Shown piece after piece: positions 1 to 12,600 of a stretch of DNA of 64,000 bases (its first letter is position 1; each line of letters begins with the position of its first letter). Both the position numbers and the translations under genes were made by a program. The stretch lies in the NCBI RefSeq assembly GCF_963853765.1, contig NC_088859.1, forward strand, positions 17,732,001 to 17,796,000, read 5' to 3'. The notes under the pieces are model-generated. The model saw nothing but the letters and a program-made list of their open reading frames with translations. It was not told where the DNA came from and made no database searches. The DNA is from Magallana gigas (Eukaryota).

Positions 1-613
1 TTTCAATCAAACTCAATGCAAACTGATTTTGAAAAAAAATGAACTCACACTTAGCAAAATTTTGGCAGCTACTCCTGGTGGAAATCCTAATTTGTCATCT
101 TTTGATTTCATAAGCCGGTAAAAGTCAGTCCTACCAAATATAAGAACAAATATTGCAAAAATATTGAGAGACAAACATTAAACTAAACAGTACATTAGAG
201 TCACAAACATTTAGAAACTCTGGGTTGGACCATAGTATGTTTACTAGCATAAATCACTTGGGGTTTGCTAGAGATTAATTCAGAAAACCTTGCATAAACT
301 AATTTATGGTTGTTCTGCCTTGCTGTAGGGCCTGTACTTTGTATTTGGTTGGGATCTGCCTTTCCTCAGGCACCACTCAGGGTTTGCTATCACTAAAGTT
401 CCAATCTGCATATGCATGTATCCACTGCACATTTGCTCTGAGTCTGGTAAGTTGGTTAAGTCTCTGGTGGCACTTACTCAGTGCCCACGTTTAGGGTTTG
501 CTTAAAGCACTGAAGCCTAAAGGGCTTTTTTTCATCACCTAAATAGCCCCAATCTTTTTCTTGTATATACCAAAATGATTGATAGCAATCAAAAGCATAT
601 ATGCATTAGTATA

Positions 614-1991
614 AAGGGTGTTAAGAAAGTTCGTTCCGTGATTTACTTTAGCCTAGATTTATTAATAAACAACTCGTTTGTAAGTTTTTTGATTTTTAAT
701 AACCAGATAGACCACCTTTGTTTTCCAGTACATTTTTAATTCTGTTTGGCATTGAATGAATTAAAGAAATCAAATGTTTCTGAGGTATCTCCCTCCATGC
801 TCGTTGAAGACGGCGGCGTAATTGGTCCATGGATGTCAGACGCGGATCCTTGTAGGCCTCACTGTCCAGAATACTCCAGAGATTTTCTATGCAGTTTAGA
901 TCTGGGGAATTGGCCGGCCATTCTTCTTTCGAAATAAAGTTTGGTAAATTATCTTTACACCAATTCTGTGTTACTAGGGCAGTGTGAGGTGTCGCACCAT
1001 CTTGAACAAACGTAGCGTGTCCTGGATATTGAACCAACTTTCGTTCATCAATCCTGCCAGTGTTTTTTTGTCGATTCAGTGCAGGTTTAAGTTCTTTTTG
1101 AAGAATTTTATCCACATAATATTTTGCATTTATAGTTTTGCCGGATGGAACAATGTGTAGCTTTGACAAACCGTTTACTCCCATTGCACCCCAGATCATG
1201 ACTTTGGCGCTTGACTGGACGCAGCTGACGTCGGGTACCTCATCTGACTGGGACCCCCACACAACATCGTCTTGTCGGTTCGGAACATGAAACAGATATT
1301 TTGAAGATTTGTCACTGAAGATGTAGTTCTCCCAGTCTTCAGCTGTCAAATGCTTGTGATCACGAGCAAATTTCAATCTTTTTTGTCGTTGTGTTTTCGT
1401 CAGAAGCTGATTTCTTGATCGCTTAAATGCCTTCCATTTTTTTACTTTCCGTAAATAATTAAACGCAGTCACATGACTTACATTAAAGCCCGAGTTCTTG
1501 AGTTCCTTGCTGCATTTTCTTGTTGATTTTCCTCTTTTGTATTTTATGTTCTCGACTTTCCTTTTAACTATGCCTACTATTTTCGACGGTCGGCCCGATC
1601 TCGGTTGGTCGGTGAGCTGTTTATTTTGCTCTCGCCTGCGTCTCCACTTTGTTACCCATCGCTCACTTTTACACAGTTGTTTCGCCACATCCTTCACACT
1701 GATTCCTGCATCTAATAAAGCCAAAGCCTGGGCTCGTTCGTTGACAGTATCGACACTTGTGCAAGACATCTGCTTTTTCACCGAACTCGTCATTTTGTTT
1801 GATGACGTAATAGACATAAATGTTTACATCACTCTATGACACCACCAGAGAGTGCACATAGGGGAGGATAACTGATGATATGTTGAGAGAAAATTCTCTA
1901 GTATAACCAGTGTGAATTTGAAACAGAAATATTGCTTTTATCAATTTATTTTTGTCAATTTACAACCAGAACGAACTTTCTTAACACCCTT
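614..1991 (-). mobile_element. Full-length IS630/Tc1/mariner transposon, DD37E type (1378 bp)
   Basis: Perfect 23-bp terminal inverted repeats AAGGGTGTTAAGAAAGTTCGTTC (614-636 and 1969-1991). TA target duplications at 612-613 and 1992-1993. One long internal transposase ORF. Confidence 0.95.
696..1817 (-). CDS. Tc1-like transposase, 373 aa, DD37E triad
   Basis: N-terminal HTH (ERAQALALLDAGISVKDVAKQL). Catalytic motifs FSD(K)S, QDGATPH and SPDLNCIE, with 37 residues counted between the second D and the E. Confidence 0.93.
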   Translation of the reverse strand: MSITSSNKMTSSVKKQMSCTSVDTVNERAQALALLDAGISVKDVAKQLCKSERWVTKWRRRREQNKQLTDQPRSGRPSKIVGIVKRKVENIKYKRGKSTRKCSKELKNSGFNVSHVTAFNYLRKVKKWKAFKRSRNQLLTKTQRQKRLKFARDHKHLTAEDWENYIFSDKSSKYLFHVPNRQDDVVWGSQSDEVPDVSCVQSSAKVMIWGAMGVNGLSKLHIVPSGKTINAKYYVDKILQKELKPALNRQKNTGRIDERKLVQYPGHATFVQDGATPHTALVTQNWCKDNLPNFISKEEWPANSPDLNCIENLWSILDSEAYKDPRLTSMDQLRRRLQRAWREIPQKHLISLIHSMPNRIKNVLENKGGLSGY

Positions 1992-2149
1992 TACTTCCTA
2001 TTCATCAAACCATTAGTCCTTCTATTCATAAAAGTCTAAAAGTAAACAACATCTTCCACTTCTTCTTCTCTTTGTGGAGTGTACTCAACTTGAGAGTTAA
2101 AATACTCCAGTGATTCCCTGGTAAACAGCCAAAAACCTAATTAGCCTAT

Positions 2150-3010
2150 GTACATTTAAAATGATTAAAAGATAGAAGTGGACAGTTTAGTAGTGAAAGA
2201 TCTCAGACACACTGATAGTATGTATATCGTGTCTACAGTTGTCCACTGATGGTAAGTACCTTATTGTTGCTGGTATGTTGTTCAATGCTACAATGATGGT
2301 TGCTGGAATGAGTATTCGTAGATGTCTACTCTGTATGGTGCTAATTTGGCAGATTCTGTTTGTCACATATCCATGGGCTCTGCTATTGGTGACGAGAAGC
2401 AGGTGATGGACTGAAACTTCTACAATGTGATGGTAAATTCTGTAAAACATGATCACTCGGTTTTGGGCCCTTTGATATTGCAGTGGTTCCCAGCAAAGTT
2501 GATGTAGCAATAGCATGGTGGACACAGTTCCTGGACCCCATGACGAATACATGTACTTGCTGGTGGCAAACCTTGCTGCTTGGCACGGAGCATCTTCTAA
2601 GCGTTGGATTAGAAGTTGTTGGTAAGGATCCAAAACTACTGACCCTTAATCCAGAAATGGGCGTACTACGGTTATGTATGCCTGGCTCCTGATAGCCTGT
2701 GGTCAACTTCGGAGGTTCCTTCCTCAAAATCCAATCGTTCTAGTCGCCTTTGCAGAAGTTGAGTTGATGTGCTTGCGCCATGACAGATCACTGCTGATTG
2801 TGATTCCAAGGTATTTACCACTTGGCACATCTTCCAGGGTATGACAGTACAGTTGGTATGATGCTTTGTTCGGATGGCAGACTAGTTCTTAGAAATATGG
2901 ATGGTGGTACACTTCTGGGGTGTCATCTGCCAGTCATTTTCCCACTTCTAAAGAGCATTTAGGTCCTGCTGGAGTTGGACTCACTGTGTCTACATCTATG
3001 ACTGACTTCA
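2150..3010 (-). mobile_element. 5'-truncated, degenerate non-LTR retrotransposon (CR1/L2/RTE-X-like), 3' end of the RT ORF
   Basis: Minus-strand frames give LQQDLNAL*KWENDWQM, HTLEDVPSGKYLGITISSDLSWRKHINSTSAKATRTIGF and RLEDAPCQAARFATSKY...LCWEPLQYQRAQNRVIMFYRI. These are typical RT C-terminal motifs, broken by stops and frameshifts. Boundaries are approximate. Confidence 0.85.
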
Positions 3011-3630
3011 TGCCTGTTTTACTTAGTGACCAAAGCTTCGATCACCTTGATTGTTACACTTGTGAATATTATACATATGTTTACTTTGTTGACTTTAACA
3101 TACTAAAATGTTGACTTCTATGGTAGAACATATTATTTTTCAATGATATGAAATTAAATTTTAAGGCAGTATACAAGGCACATGGGCAATTTTTCATGTT
3201 GATGTTTTTACCTTTTTTTATAGACCAATAGACAGTTAACGTTTGATACATAGTCAGAAGACAATTAAATATTCATATATTTACCTTCTGTAAAGAAATC
3301 CAAGAACTACATCAAGAAATTTAGCAATTTGTCCTTCGTGTTGAAGGATACCGAGCAGTGCAGAGTCATAAGCTTCCAGATTCTTCGACATTTTACTTTT
3401 TCATGCTCCTCAACCAGACGAAAATGAAAGTGCAAAATAAGACATGCATGGTTTTTTCGTTTTGGTATTTCTGAATTTTAAGTATACTTAAGGAATAATT
3501 GCAAAAACTATATGAAAAATTTTATTAAGCCTTGTTATGCTTTTATCATTTGATTGAAATATTTACATTATGTAGCCAAATAAACGAAAATTTTCGATCA
3601 TGCGAATGATTACTAGATCGAGTTAACTCT

Positions 3631-3640
3631 AAAAATGGCG
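3631..3640 (+). promoter_or_regulatory. YY1/TISU-like motif overlapping the PGAP1 start codon
   Basis: AAAAATGGCG spans the ATG. Motif match only. Confidence 0.35.
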
Positions 3641-6600
3641 CTGCTCACGAAACTTCTGTTCTCGGGAGTTTGCATTGCTGTTTTATTATATGGCATTTTA
3701 GATGTTATAACAAATTATGAACAAAATAAATGTCATATGACGTACATGTTTGAGCAGCCGGAATATTTGGTAAGTCATGTTTTCTTCGGTAGTTCCGTAA
3801 TGCAATTACCAACAGAGTAAATTCTGGAATTGCAATGAAGCCGGTTTGCAAACGCCCATTTTTAGTGGCATTGTTTCAATATTTAAGGGGAAAACTAGCT
3901 ATTCGTGTTACTTATAGGGTTCATACATGCCATTAATATTATATTGAAATTAAATAACTATTACAACAAGTTGCATATGTTTAAAATATAAAAGGTGAGA
4001 AACTGGGATGATCAGAGTGTGTTGTTGACAAAACATGATAAATGGTCAGTTTGATTTCATCTTGGTTATTCTTAGATTAAGTAACCTTGTTTATAACCCT
4101 AGATTTCGACAATACTCGGCCAACCGAGGGATGAACTGTATTGGAAGAAGAAGAAGAACCATGCTAATTAATGTTGAAACATATATGACCATATTTTGAT
4201 ATTGCACACTGACAGTTACAAAAGATGCTCAAAACTTTTTTTTCCACCAAATTAAGGTTTCGTGATCCTCGATCAGGAATTGAGAAAAGCTTTGGCAATA
4301 TCTCCCACTAAAAAAAAAACTCCATAAGACCATTTATACTTTAAAGACAAAATAAGCATCAATAATGGCAATATTGTAACTGGGGAAGCTTATTCTATAC
4401 CCACGGCATCGGCATCCAGACCTAGTTAAAGTTTTTGGAGCAGGTCCTGTATCTGAGTTATTACCTGTCTTTTCGCCACCTAACTCATATGGATAATGCA
4501 ACTGGGCTTACCTAAGCCTAAAAGACCTGAATTCTGAATCTGAACCATGAATTTCAGATGCTGGAGGAGTTTTAGGTGTTTGGAGCAGGTTAAAGTTTTT
4601 GGTGTTTGGAGCAGCTAGGATAAAGTTTTTGGGGCAGGTGCCCTTTGATGACAACATTTAAGTAACTACTGGTCCTGTCTTCACTAAACTTGCATGGATT
4701 GTGCATCTTGTGACACTGATGCACTTCACAGCCTTGGATGCTGAAGTTAAGTAATATGTTTTTGATGCTGGACAAGGTTAAGGTTTTTAGAGCTGGTTAA
4801 AGTTTTTGTAGCAGGTGCCGTTTGATAACCATTTCAGTTACTATTGGTCTGATCTTAACCAAACTTGCATGGCTTATGCATCTTGTGATACTGATGCACT
4901 TGACAGGTTTAAATGCTGAATCTGAGTAATAGGTAGTCAGATGCCGGATGAAATTAAACTTTTTGGAGCTGGTTAAAGTTTTTGGAGCAGGTGCGCTTTG
5001 ATAGATAAGTCTTCATTATTTTTTATTCAGTCTTTACCAAAATTGAATAGATGATGCTTCTTGTGATTCTGATGCACTCCACAGGCTGTGATGCTGAATC
5101 TGAGCCATACGTTTCAGATGCTGGAGGAGGTTAAGGTTTTTTGAGCTGATCACATGTTTTTGTAAAAAACAGTACTTATTCAAACTTGCATGATAATCAA
5201 TCAAATTACAATTACTTGTAATCAGAAAAATGGATGATTACTGATTACTCAGCAACATGTAATCGACTACAGCTGATTGCAATTACTGATTCAGTTACCA
5301 GTCTCTGGTTAAATGTAATTCAATTGCCTTTTAAATTTCATCAGTTCATTGACCTCAATATGTAATGTAATTAATGATTATATTGTGTCAGCTAGGGAGA
5401 ATGATTAATTATAAGAATTATAAATAATTATTAATGAATAATTATTTTGTATCATTTATTTGTATATAGGAAGAGGATGATCTAAGTTGATCTAAGGTGC
5501 AGAACTTTTGCCTAATTCCAGTTGTAAATAAATAAAAATAAATTCAAATTAAATTAGTAAAAAAATTAAGAAATCTTTGAATTTTTTGTATTAAACATGT
5601 TAAAAAATCAAGACAGACTGCAATCTTAATCATTATGTTGTTCTTTTCTTAAAAATGTGTTTATTTTGTAGGAAATTCCTCTCAGCAAAGCCATTAAAGA
5701 AAAATTTCCAAGATATGGCCTTTATGTATATGGAGAAGGGTAAGAAATACTAATTTTATAGATTTTATACATGTAGGTTGTCTGTTTATTATAAATATTC
5801 ACATATCCATCATAAAAGTCACATATACAGTGTAGTTTTAAACCAGTTAATCAAAATTTTAAAGAAATTAGATGAACGATGCAAAAGATATCATATCACT
5901 ATACTGTAATCCAAATGAAAGTAGTTTTTCATATTACATGTATGTACAGTGATAAAAAAAGAGGAACAGTTATTGCATCGGTTAATATTAAGTTCAGGAA
6001 ATGCTACCTTTTGTTTTATGAAATCAGTCATGATATCATGTAATTACATGGGGTGGGGTATTTGGTTCTCAGCATGCTTTTTGATGTAAACAATGTTCCT
6101 GTTAGTGAAATAGGTTGTCACATATTTTATTTTGATAACTGATTTTGTGGATCAACTCAACACTAAAACCTACGAAAATCAGTGATATTGATGATAGTGA
6201 TACACTGTAGTTAAATATAAATTATGGATGGTACTTGAGACCAGTTATATACTATAAATCCTTGTTGAATCACCTTCTTACAGGGATAAGAAAATGACAG
6301 ATTGCTTTTATACATATCAGGGTTTTTTTATTTGGAATTTTTTTAAAATAAATGTAAAATTGAAATTTAGATAGATTTCTTTTCTTTTTTAGACCCTATG
6401 CAAGACAAGTGGAGTAAGTATATAATCAAAATGCCTAAAGAAATCTGACTATAAGATAGTTCAGTTTAACTTCAATACATGTAGTTTGAAATCCAATGTC
6501 ATAGATACCTTGGATATGTTACAGTGATTAAAAGTTCTCATAACTATTTTGGGTATTGGCAGTGTATCTATAGTAGATTAACATGGTGATCTTTATTTTC

Positions 6601-9600
6601 AGAAAGTTGAATTTACAAGGCATACCAGTTTTATTTATACCTGGGAATTCTGGCAGCCACAAACAAGGTACTGATCAATATTAGTTTCACCTACCGGTAA
6701 TTACCAGGCAATGCACATAGATTAACTTTTGTTATTCAATTTTATTAGTCTTTCGTAAACTATATGCACTTAATTAATCATAAGTGATTAAGGTCCTAAG
6801 AGTGTCAAAAAGGACTTTGAAATTGAGTCTTAGTTTAGACTGATGTTATGAATTCTTTTTAACATTTTTGCATGCATGCATAGTGTAACATTGTTGCACA
6901 ATTCCCATTTCCAAATGAAACTGCACTGATGAAAATATGTTAACTTAGGATTATCTAAAGATTCTCAATCCAAAACTTTTCAAATATATGCAGCAGGCGT
7001 TTTTTATCACAAAAATTTAAAAAGGGGGAATCACTAAATTTTTGCTGTGAAAATTAGATTTATTCCCCTTTCCAAACTTGCAAAATTTGTCAGTACTGCA
7101 GCATTGAACACAATGTGGCAATGAATGCCTAAGAAACTCATCATTATTTTTTTATTTTGTATTTATTTCAGCGCGTTCCTTGGGATCAGTTTCCCTCAGA
7201 AGGGCCATGGACAAAAGGACACATTTCTTCTTCAACTACTTTACCGTAGATTTCAATGAGGTAAAGTACACGAAAAAAAGGTGCAAATTCGTCTCAAAGA
7301 CAAGATTAAATTTTGAAGCATTCATCAGTATTTATTGTTTATTGACACTAGTACACTGGATGTGTTGATGTAGATAAACATAAATTGTGAACTTACTTAT
7401 ATTTTCAGGATTTAAGTGCTTTGTATGGTGGGGTTCTACAAGATGAAACAGGTACTTGGCTAACTGTAGAATTTAGGGATTTGTGGTTGAAAATGAGCTT
7501 TGTTTTTAATTTACATTTATGAAGTTATTTTAATGAATAAAATAAATTTGATAAAATTGATTTTTGAAATTTTAAAATACATAATAAATTTCTATGAATT
7601 TAATCTAATAATGGAAATTAATTAAACAGAATTTGTGCACACATGCATAAAGAAAATCCTAAGATTATACAAGAATGCTGAGAACAAGCCTTCAACGGTT
7701 ATTCTAGTGGGCCATTCCATGGTAAGAAATGTATAGTTTCAAGGGTTCTTAGTAACCTTTTACTGATATGATATGCCAGTTATTTTTGTGTCAGGGACAA
7801 CATTTTAGATCATTCTATGTATATGCATAAATATTTTTTTTCTGAAAATATTACTTTGTCCAATTAATTGCATACATATATTTGTAAAAAGATATTCTAA
7901 AAGTTTTTGACTTGATGTAAAAGATTGACTCCTTAAACTTGTTGTAGGGAGGAATGATCGCTAGAGCATTATTCACTTTACCAGACTTTGATCACACTCT
8001 AGTCAATACCATTATCACTCAGTCTACCCCTCATCAGATCCCAGGTAAGCCTGAATGTCAGCTTAATCTCATTCGAGTCAACTAAGATACTTGACTTCTA
8101 TTTTAGCAAAATCAAAGTTGAAGGACTCTTTTTTTCAACCTTTTTTAAGGTTTCAGGTAGATTTTGTCAATCTTGATACATTTTCAACTTGAACGCTATT
8201 TCTCAAGTAAAAATATTCTCACCTAAAATTAGTTTTAAAAAGACTTGTACATGTATAAAAATTGATATATAATTAGATCCATACTAGTAATCTGACTGTA
8301 GGTAAGGTTTTTTTTTTTTTAAATTCACTGTAACACACTAAAATGTTTTGATCTCTCTTTCAGTGCTATCTGTTGACTCATATATGGCCAGCTTTTATAG
8401 AAATGTCAACAACTACTGGAGAGAATTCGGAGCCACCAATCTCAGTCATGTGACTGTGGTTTCCACTGGTGGCGGACACAGGGACTACCAAGTTCGGAAC
8501 TCTCTCAGCTCACTCAAAGGGGTAGGTCAGACTTGGACCAAGCATATTGATGTCAGTTTATTAACACGGTGTAAATGATTTTTACAAAAAAAATTGTGTT
8601 AATTATAATGCTGCCAATTTTTAGCAACATCGATTTTTATTTTGTGTCTTCATCTTTTTAGATCATTGATCCAGCTAGAGGCATCAGTTCATCTGTAAGT
8701 TATTTTGTGAAGAAAAAAAATGACTTTTCCATTGTATAAACCAAAGTTGAAGAATAAACACAATTCAATCATATTTACATTAAAAATGAATAGAAATAAA
8801 TACAGTCACAGTATATCAAATTTAATTCACATGAACATGTACCAGGGTATATTGTATGATATTCACATATTACGAAAAAGTTTTCAAAAAGGCTCCATTA
8901 TTTTGACTATTATTTTCATGTACTAGGTATAAATTTTTGTATATTAACTTACAGTTGAATAGTACATGTATTACCTGAAAGGTTTTTAATCCATCTTTCA
9001 GACCATTTCAATGCCAAAGGCTTGGGTCTCCACAGATCATCTCTGTGCCGTGTGGTATGTCTTTTTTCAGCTATTCATGAGCTCATTATTCTCTCTTTCT
9101 GCTTTGTTCATTTTTTTTATGCAATTTTTATTTCAATCGTAACTTATAAGTTCCTGCAACTTTTGTTACTTATATAGGTGCAAAGAAGTTGTGATGGCCA
9201 CTGTTCGAGCAATATTTGATATTGTGGATACCTCAACCAATCAGGTTAGTGCTTCTCAGAGTTATTGGTGTTTGGGTAAGGTCAACAACCTCACCCCCTT
9301 CCCGAAATAAGTCACCTTATGAATTACTGGGTGTTTTTTCCCCGATATTTGTCTCGTCATTGATTATGATTTTTAACTGATATAAATTGCCTCATGAATA
9401 GCTGAGGTTTGTCTCTGTGAAATGATTCGCCTCATGATTTATGTTGGTTTTTTCTGATATACATGTAAGTTACCTCAAGAATTGCTGGTTGAACACCTCC
9501 CTTTCCTCCTTTTCAGGTTTCAACAGATGCCAATTATAGAATGAACGTTTTCCGTCATCATTTCCTCTCACATTCTGGCTCCAGGAGCTATACAAGGTCA

Positions 9601-12600
9601 TGGACAAAAGAACTGACATTAGACCCCTCAGCCACATGGATGATGGAGAACGGACTTACCTGGGAGTTGGCTAGGGATCAGGTAAAGATTGTGTACCGAT
9701 AATGTAACACAAAATTAATGCAAAAGTGTACCCAACAGTTTTCAGTACATGTATAACAAATGATGGAAAATATCAATTGGGTAATTAATTATTATAGTTT
9801 TAGTTTTGGTTGTTGTTTTCAACAAAAGGTTAAGGCAGAATTTAAGAGTTGTTAATGAAAATAATACATGTATTTTACCAATATTAGTCAGTATTTTTTT
9901 AATAATAAAATGTATGTATATTTCAAAATGATTAAAGACAGTTGAGTAAATGTTAATGAAATTTATAACTATGTTCCTGTAGGGGACCTATAGGTCAATA
10001 TCAAATGCTATTTTGATATCTTACAGAAAAAAAAATAATTTAAGATATTAAGTCCAAATGCATTTGCTTTTAATTGCAGGTGAATGAACCAACATACATA
10101 TCAATCCCCATCGAGAGACAGAGAGAAGATACATTTGTCGCTGTGTCTGATATTGTGAGTTTTTAAATAGAAAAAAAGAATGGCAAATTACATGTAATTT
10201 CCTCAGATATATGCCAGTGTTTGATTTTTCATGTAAAAACACTTTCTTGGATGTGTAAGATTCCTGTCTTAATGTAAATTGTTGTGAGCGAAAAAAAAAA
10301 CAACATATAAAGAGTGATATGATTTAGTTTTTGTTGTTTTTTTTTTAGGAATCAAAGGATTGGATCTGTGTCTGCAAGAGTGAAACAGGAGATGGAAGAT
10401 GGTATTTATTAAAATGCAAATTTTGAATTCTTAATTTGCACATGCATCAATCAACTTCTTTGGGAAAAAGAATGTTAAAGAACTATATATGACATTCATT
10501 TAGTCAAATTTGGCCCCCATAATTGCTATTTTTAAAATGATTCAGGTACATTAATTTGTTGTGTTATTTTATAAAAAGAGTTGACATAAATTATGTTTTT
10601 CACCTATTTATTTGATTTATATGCACTTACTGGCAGTATATGACGTCAGAAGTGACGCTATTTTTATGATTCAATCAAAATCAGTCAAAAATTAACATTT
10701 TTTTTACCGGTATCTTTTTTTGAATGGGAAATATAGAGCGACTCTTTGAACAAGAAAGACATTTTTGTCACTTATAAGTATTGGAGGGATACATCTTTGG
10801 TGAAAATATTTTGTTTGTTCAAGCAGTCGCTCAATGTTTCCCTAAAGAAAAACTGCTTTAAAACAAGCTGGTTTATGCTACAAATGAGAAAATGGTGGGA
10901 AAAGACAAACTTTATGATGTCATATTTTTAAATTGTGGGCACTAAAATCAAAATGAAAATTATGAAAAAACTTCAAATGTATATTTGTACAAATAAAATA
11001 AAGAATTACAGTAAAATGACAATGTTCATTTAAGGGGACCATTTTAGGCTCAAACCATATATAGTCCTTTAATCATTTTACTTATTCCATACTCCATCAG
11101 AACTAAATTGGTTTTTTTTTTTAAATTACAGTAAAAAATGCAAGAATTTGTCAAAATATGGAGAAGCCATTCCACCAAGCGACTCTTGGAGAAAGGTAAT
11201 ATATTTTCTTTTATGTTTTTTATGTATTAGAATTTAAGAAATACCAGGGTATACAGTATACATACTAATTTTAGATTCTGTATTAAATTATTTGAAGAAG
11301 ATATTGTTAATCAGTGTCATATGCTATTCAGCAGTTGAATAGCTTTAAAAAAGGATATTTCAATGCACTTCTAACAATTTTAGTTAATACAAATGTATAT
11401 AATTGTACAACACTTTGCCTTCTCCAGAATATCGATTTTAATTGTAACCCTTTATATTTGTGTACATCATGTTGCAAGACTTATTCAGTATAATATAAGC
11501 TTTCATTTTCTGATTCTATAGGTTGTGCATGTCAACTTGAAGAAACACAAGTCAATGACTCACGTCATTATCATGGTGCCCAGAACGAAGGAAAAGGTAT
11601 AGCTACTGTATATCCATTAATTTTTGCAATCATTTAATTTTCATTTTTTCCGAAACACTTTAACATTGCAAAATATTCAATATACAGATATTACATCCAG
11701 TATTGTTTGTGACCAGAAACTTTTAAATTGCAAAAAATGACATGCGAATTAAAATACGGTAGTTAAACATTTTTCCAGTCCTATTTTCACAAATATTGTG
11801 ACACACAGAAGAATGAATTTATGGTTACTTTAATTAAGTCTTTAAAACTAGTTAATATATAGTCCTACTAGTATTTGATTTCAATACCGATTAAGCATTT
11901 TGTATGTACTTCATTCTCTAAGTCAAGAATTGTGAAAAGCTTTTTGTCTTTTTACATAAAAACTATAAATCTATCTTTAAATTCCTCTTGCTAATTTGGC
12001 CAAAAAAATATGAAAAATTTTACACCATATAGGAATTCTGAAAACTTCACAATAAAGAAATGACAGATGGAGACTCATGTCTTGAATATTGCATTTATTA
12101 TGTACATACAAAAAAGATTGGAAAGGACTTAAAAATTGTTTTAATGAACAGAAAATGGGTAACAGTTGTTGGGTTTGAGATCACATGCTGAGAGTGAATA
12201 ATTAACTGTATGCAATCAGGTTCAGATATCTTCTTTTTCTTCATTATCTCAGAATTTTAAAAAAGAGTAAGTTACCTTTTCTCTCATGAGGGTAGCTCCA
12301 TCTTGCAGCACCCCTGTTGTTTTACAAATGACCTTGCTGTATATCTGTATGTTTCATACACTGCTGTGTTTTTTTCCTGTGACAGGTAGAGGTGATGGGG
12401 GACATTTACCGTAGAGACGACAGACACCTGAGTTACCGCATGCCAGGATTCATTGACATGATCATGACCTACCCAGAGAGCGTGACCCAGGGGACGGGCG
12501 TCCTGACCCTCTTCAATGACACCCTCTTCTATGACCTCCATCTGCCGAATATGGATCAAGTACTTAAAGCCTTCACTGTGAAGCTCGAACCAAAGAAATG

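Noticed and set aside
280-560. Less AT-rich patch and 62-aa ORF at the window start
   Set aside because: No domain, splice pattern or repeat structure that I could support.
746-1839. Plus-strand ORFs over the transposase
   Set aside because: Antisense shadows with no independent features.
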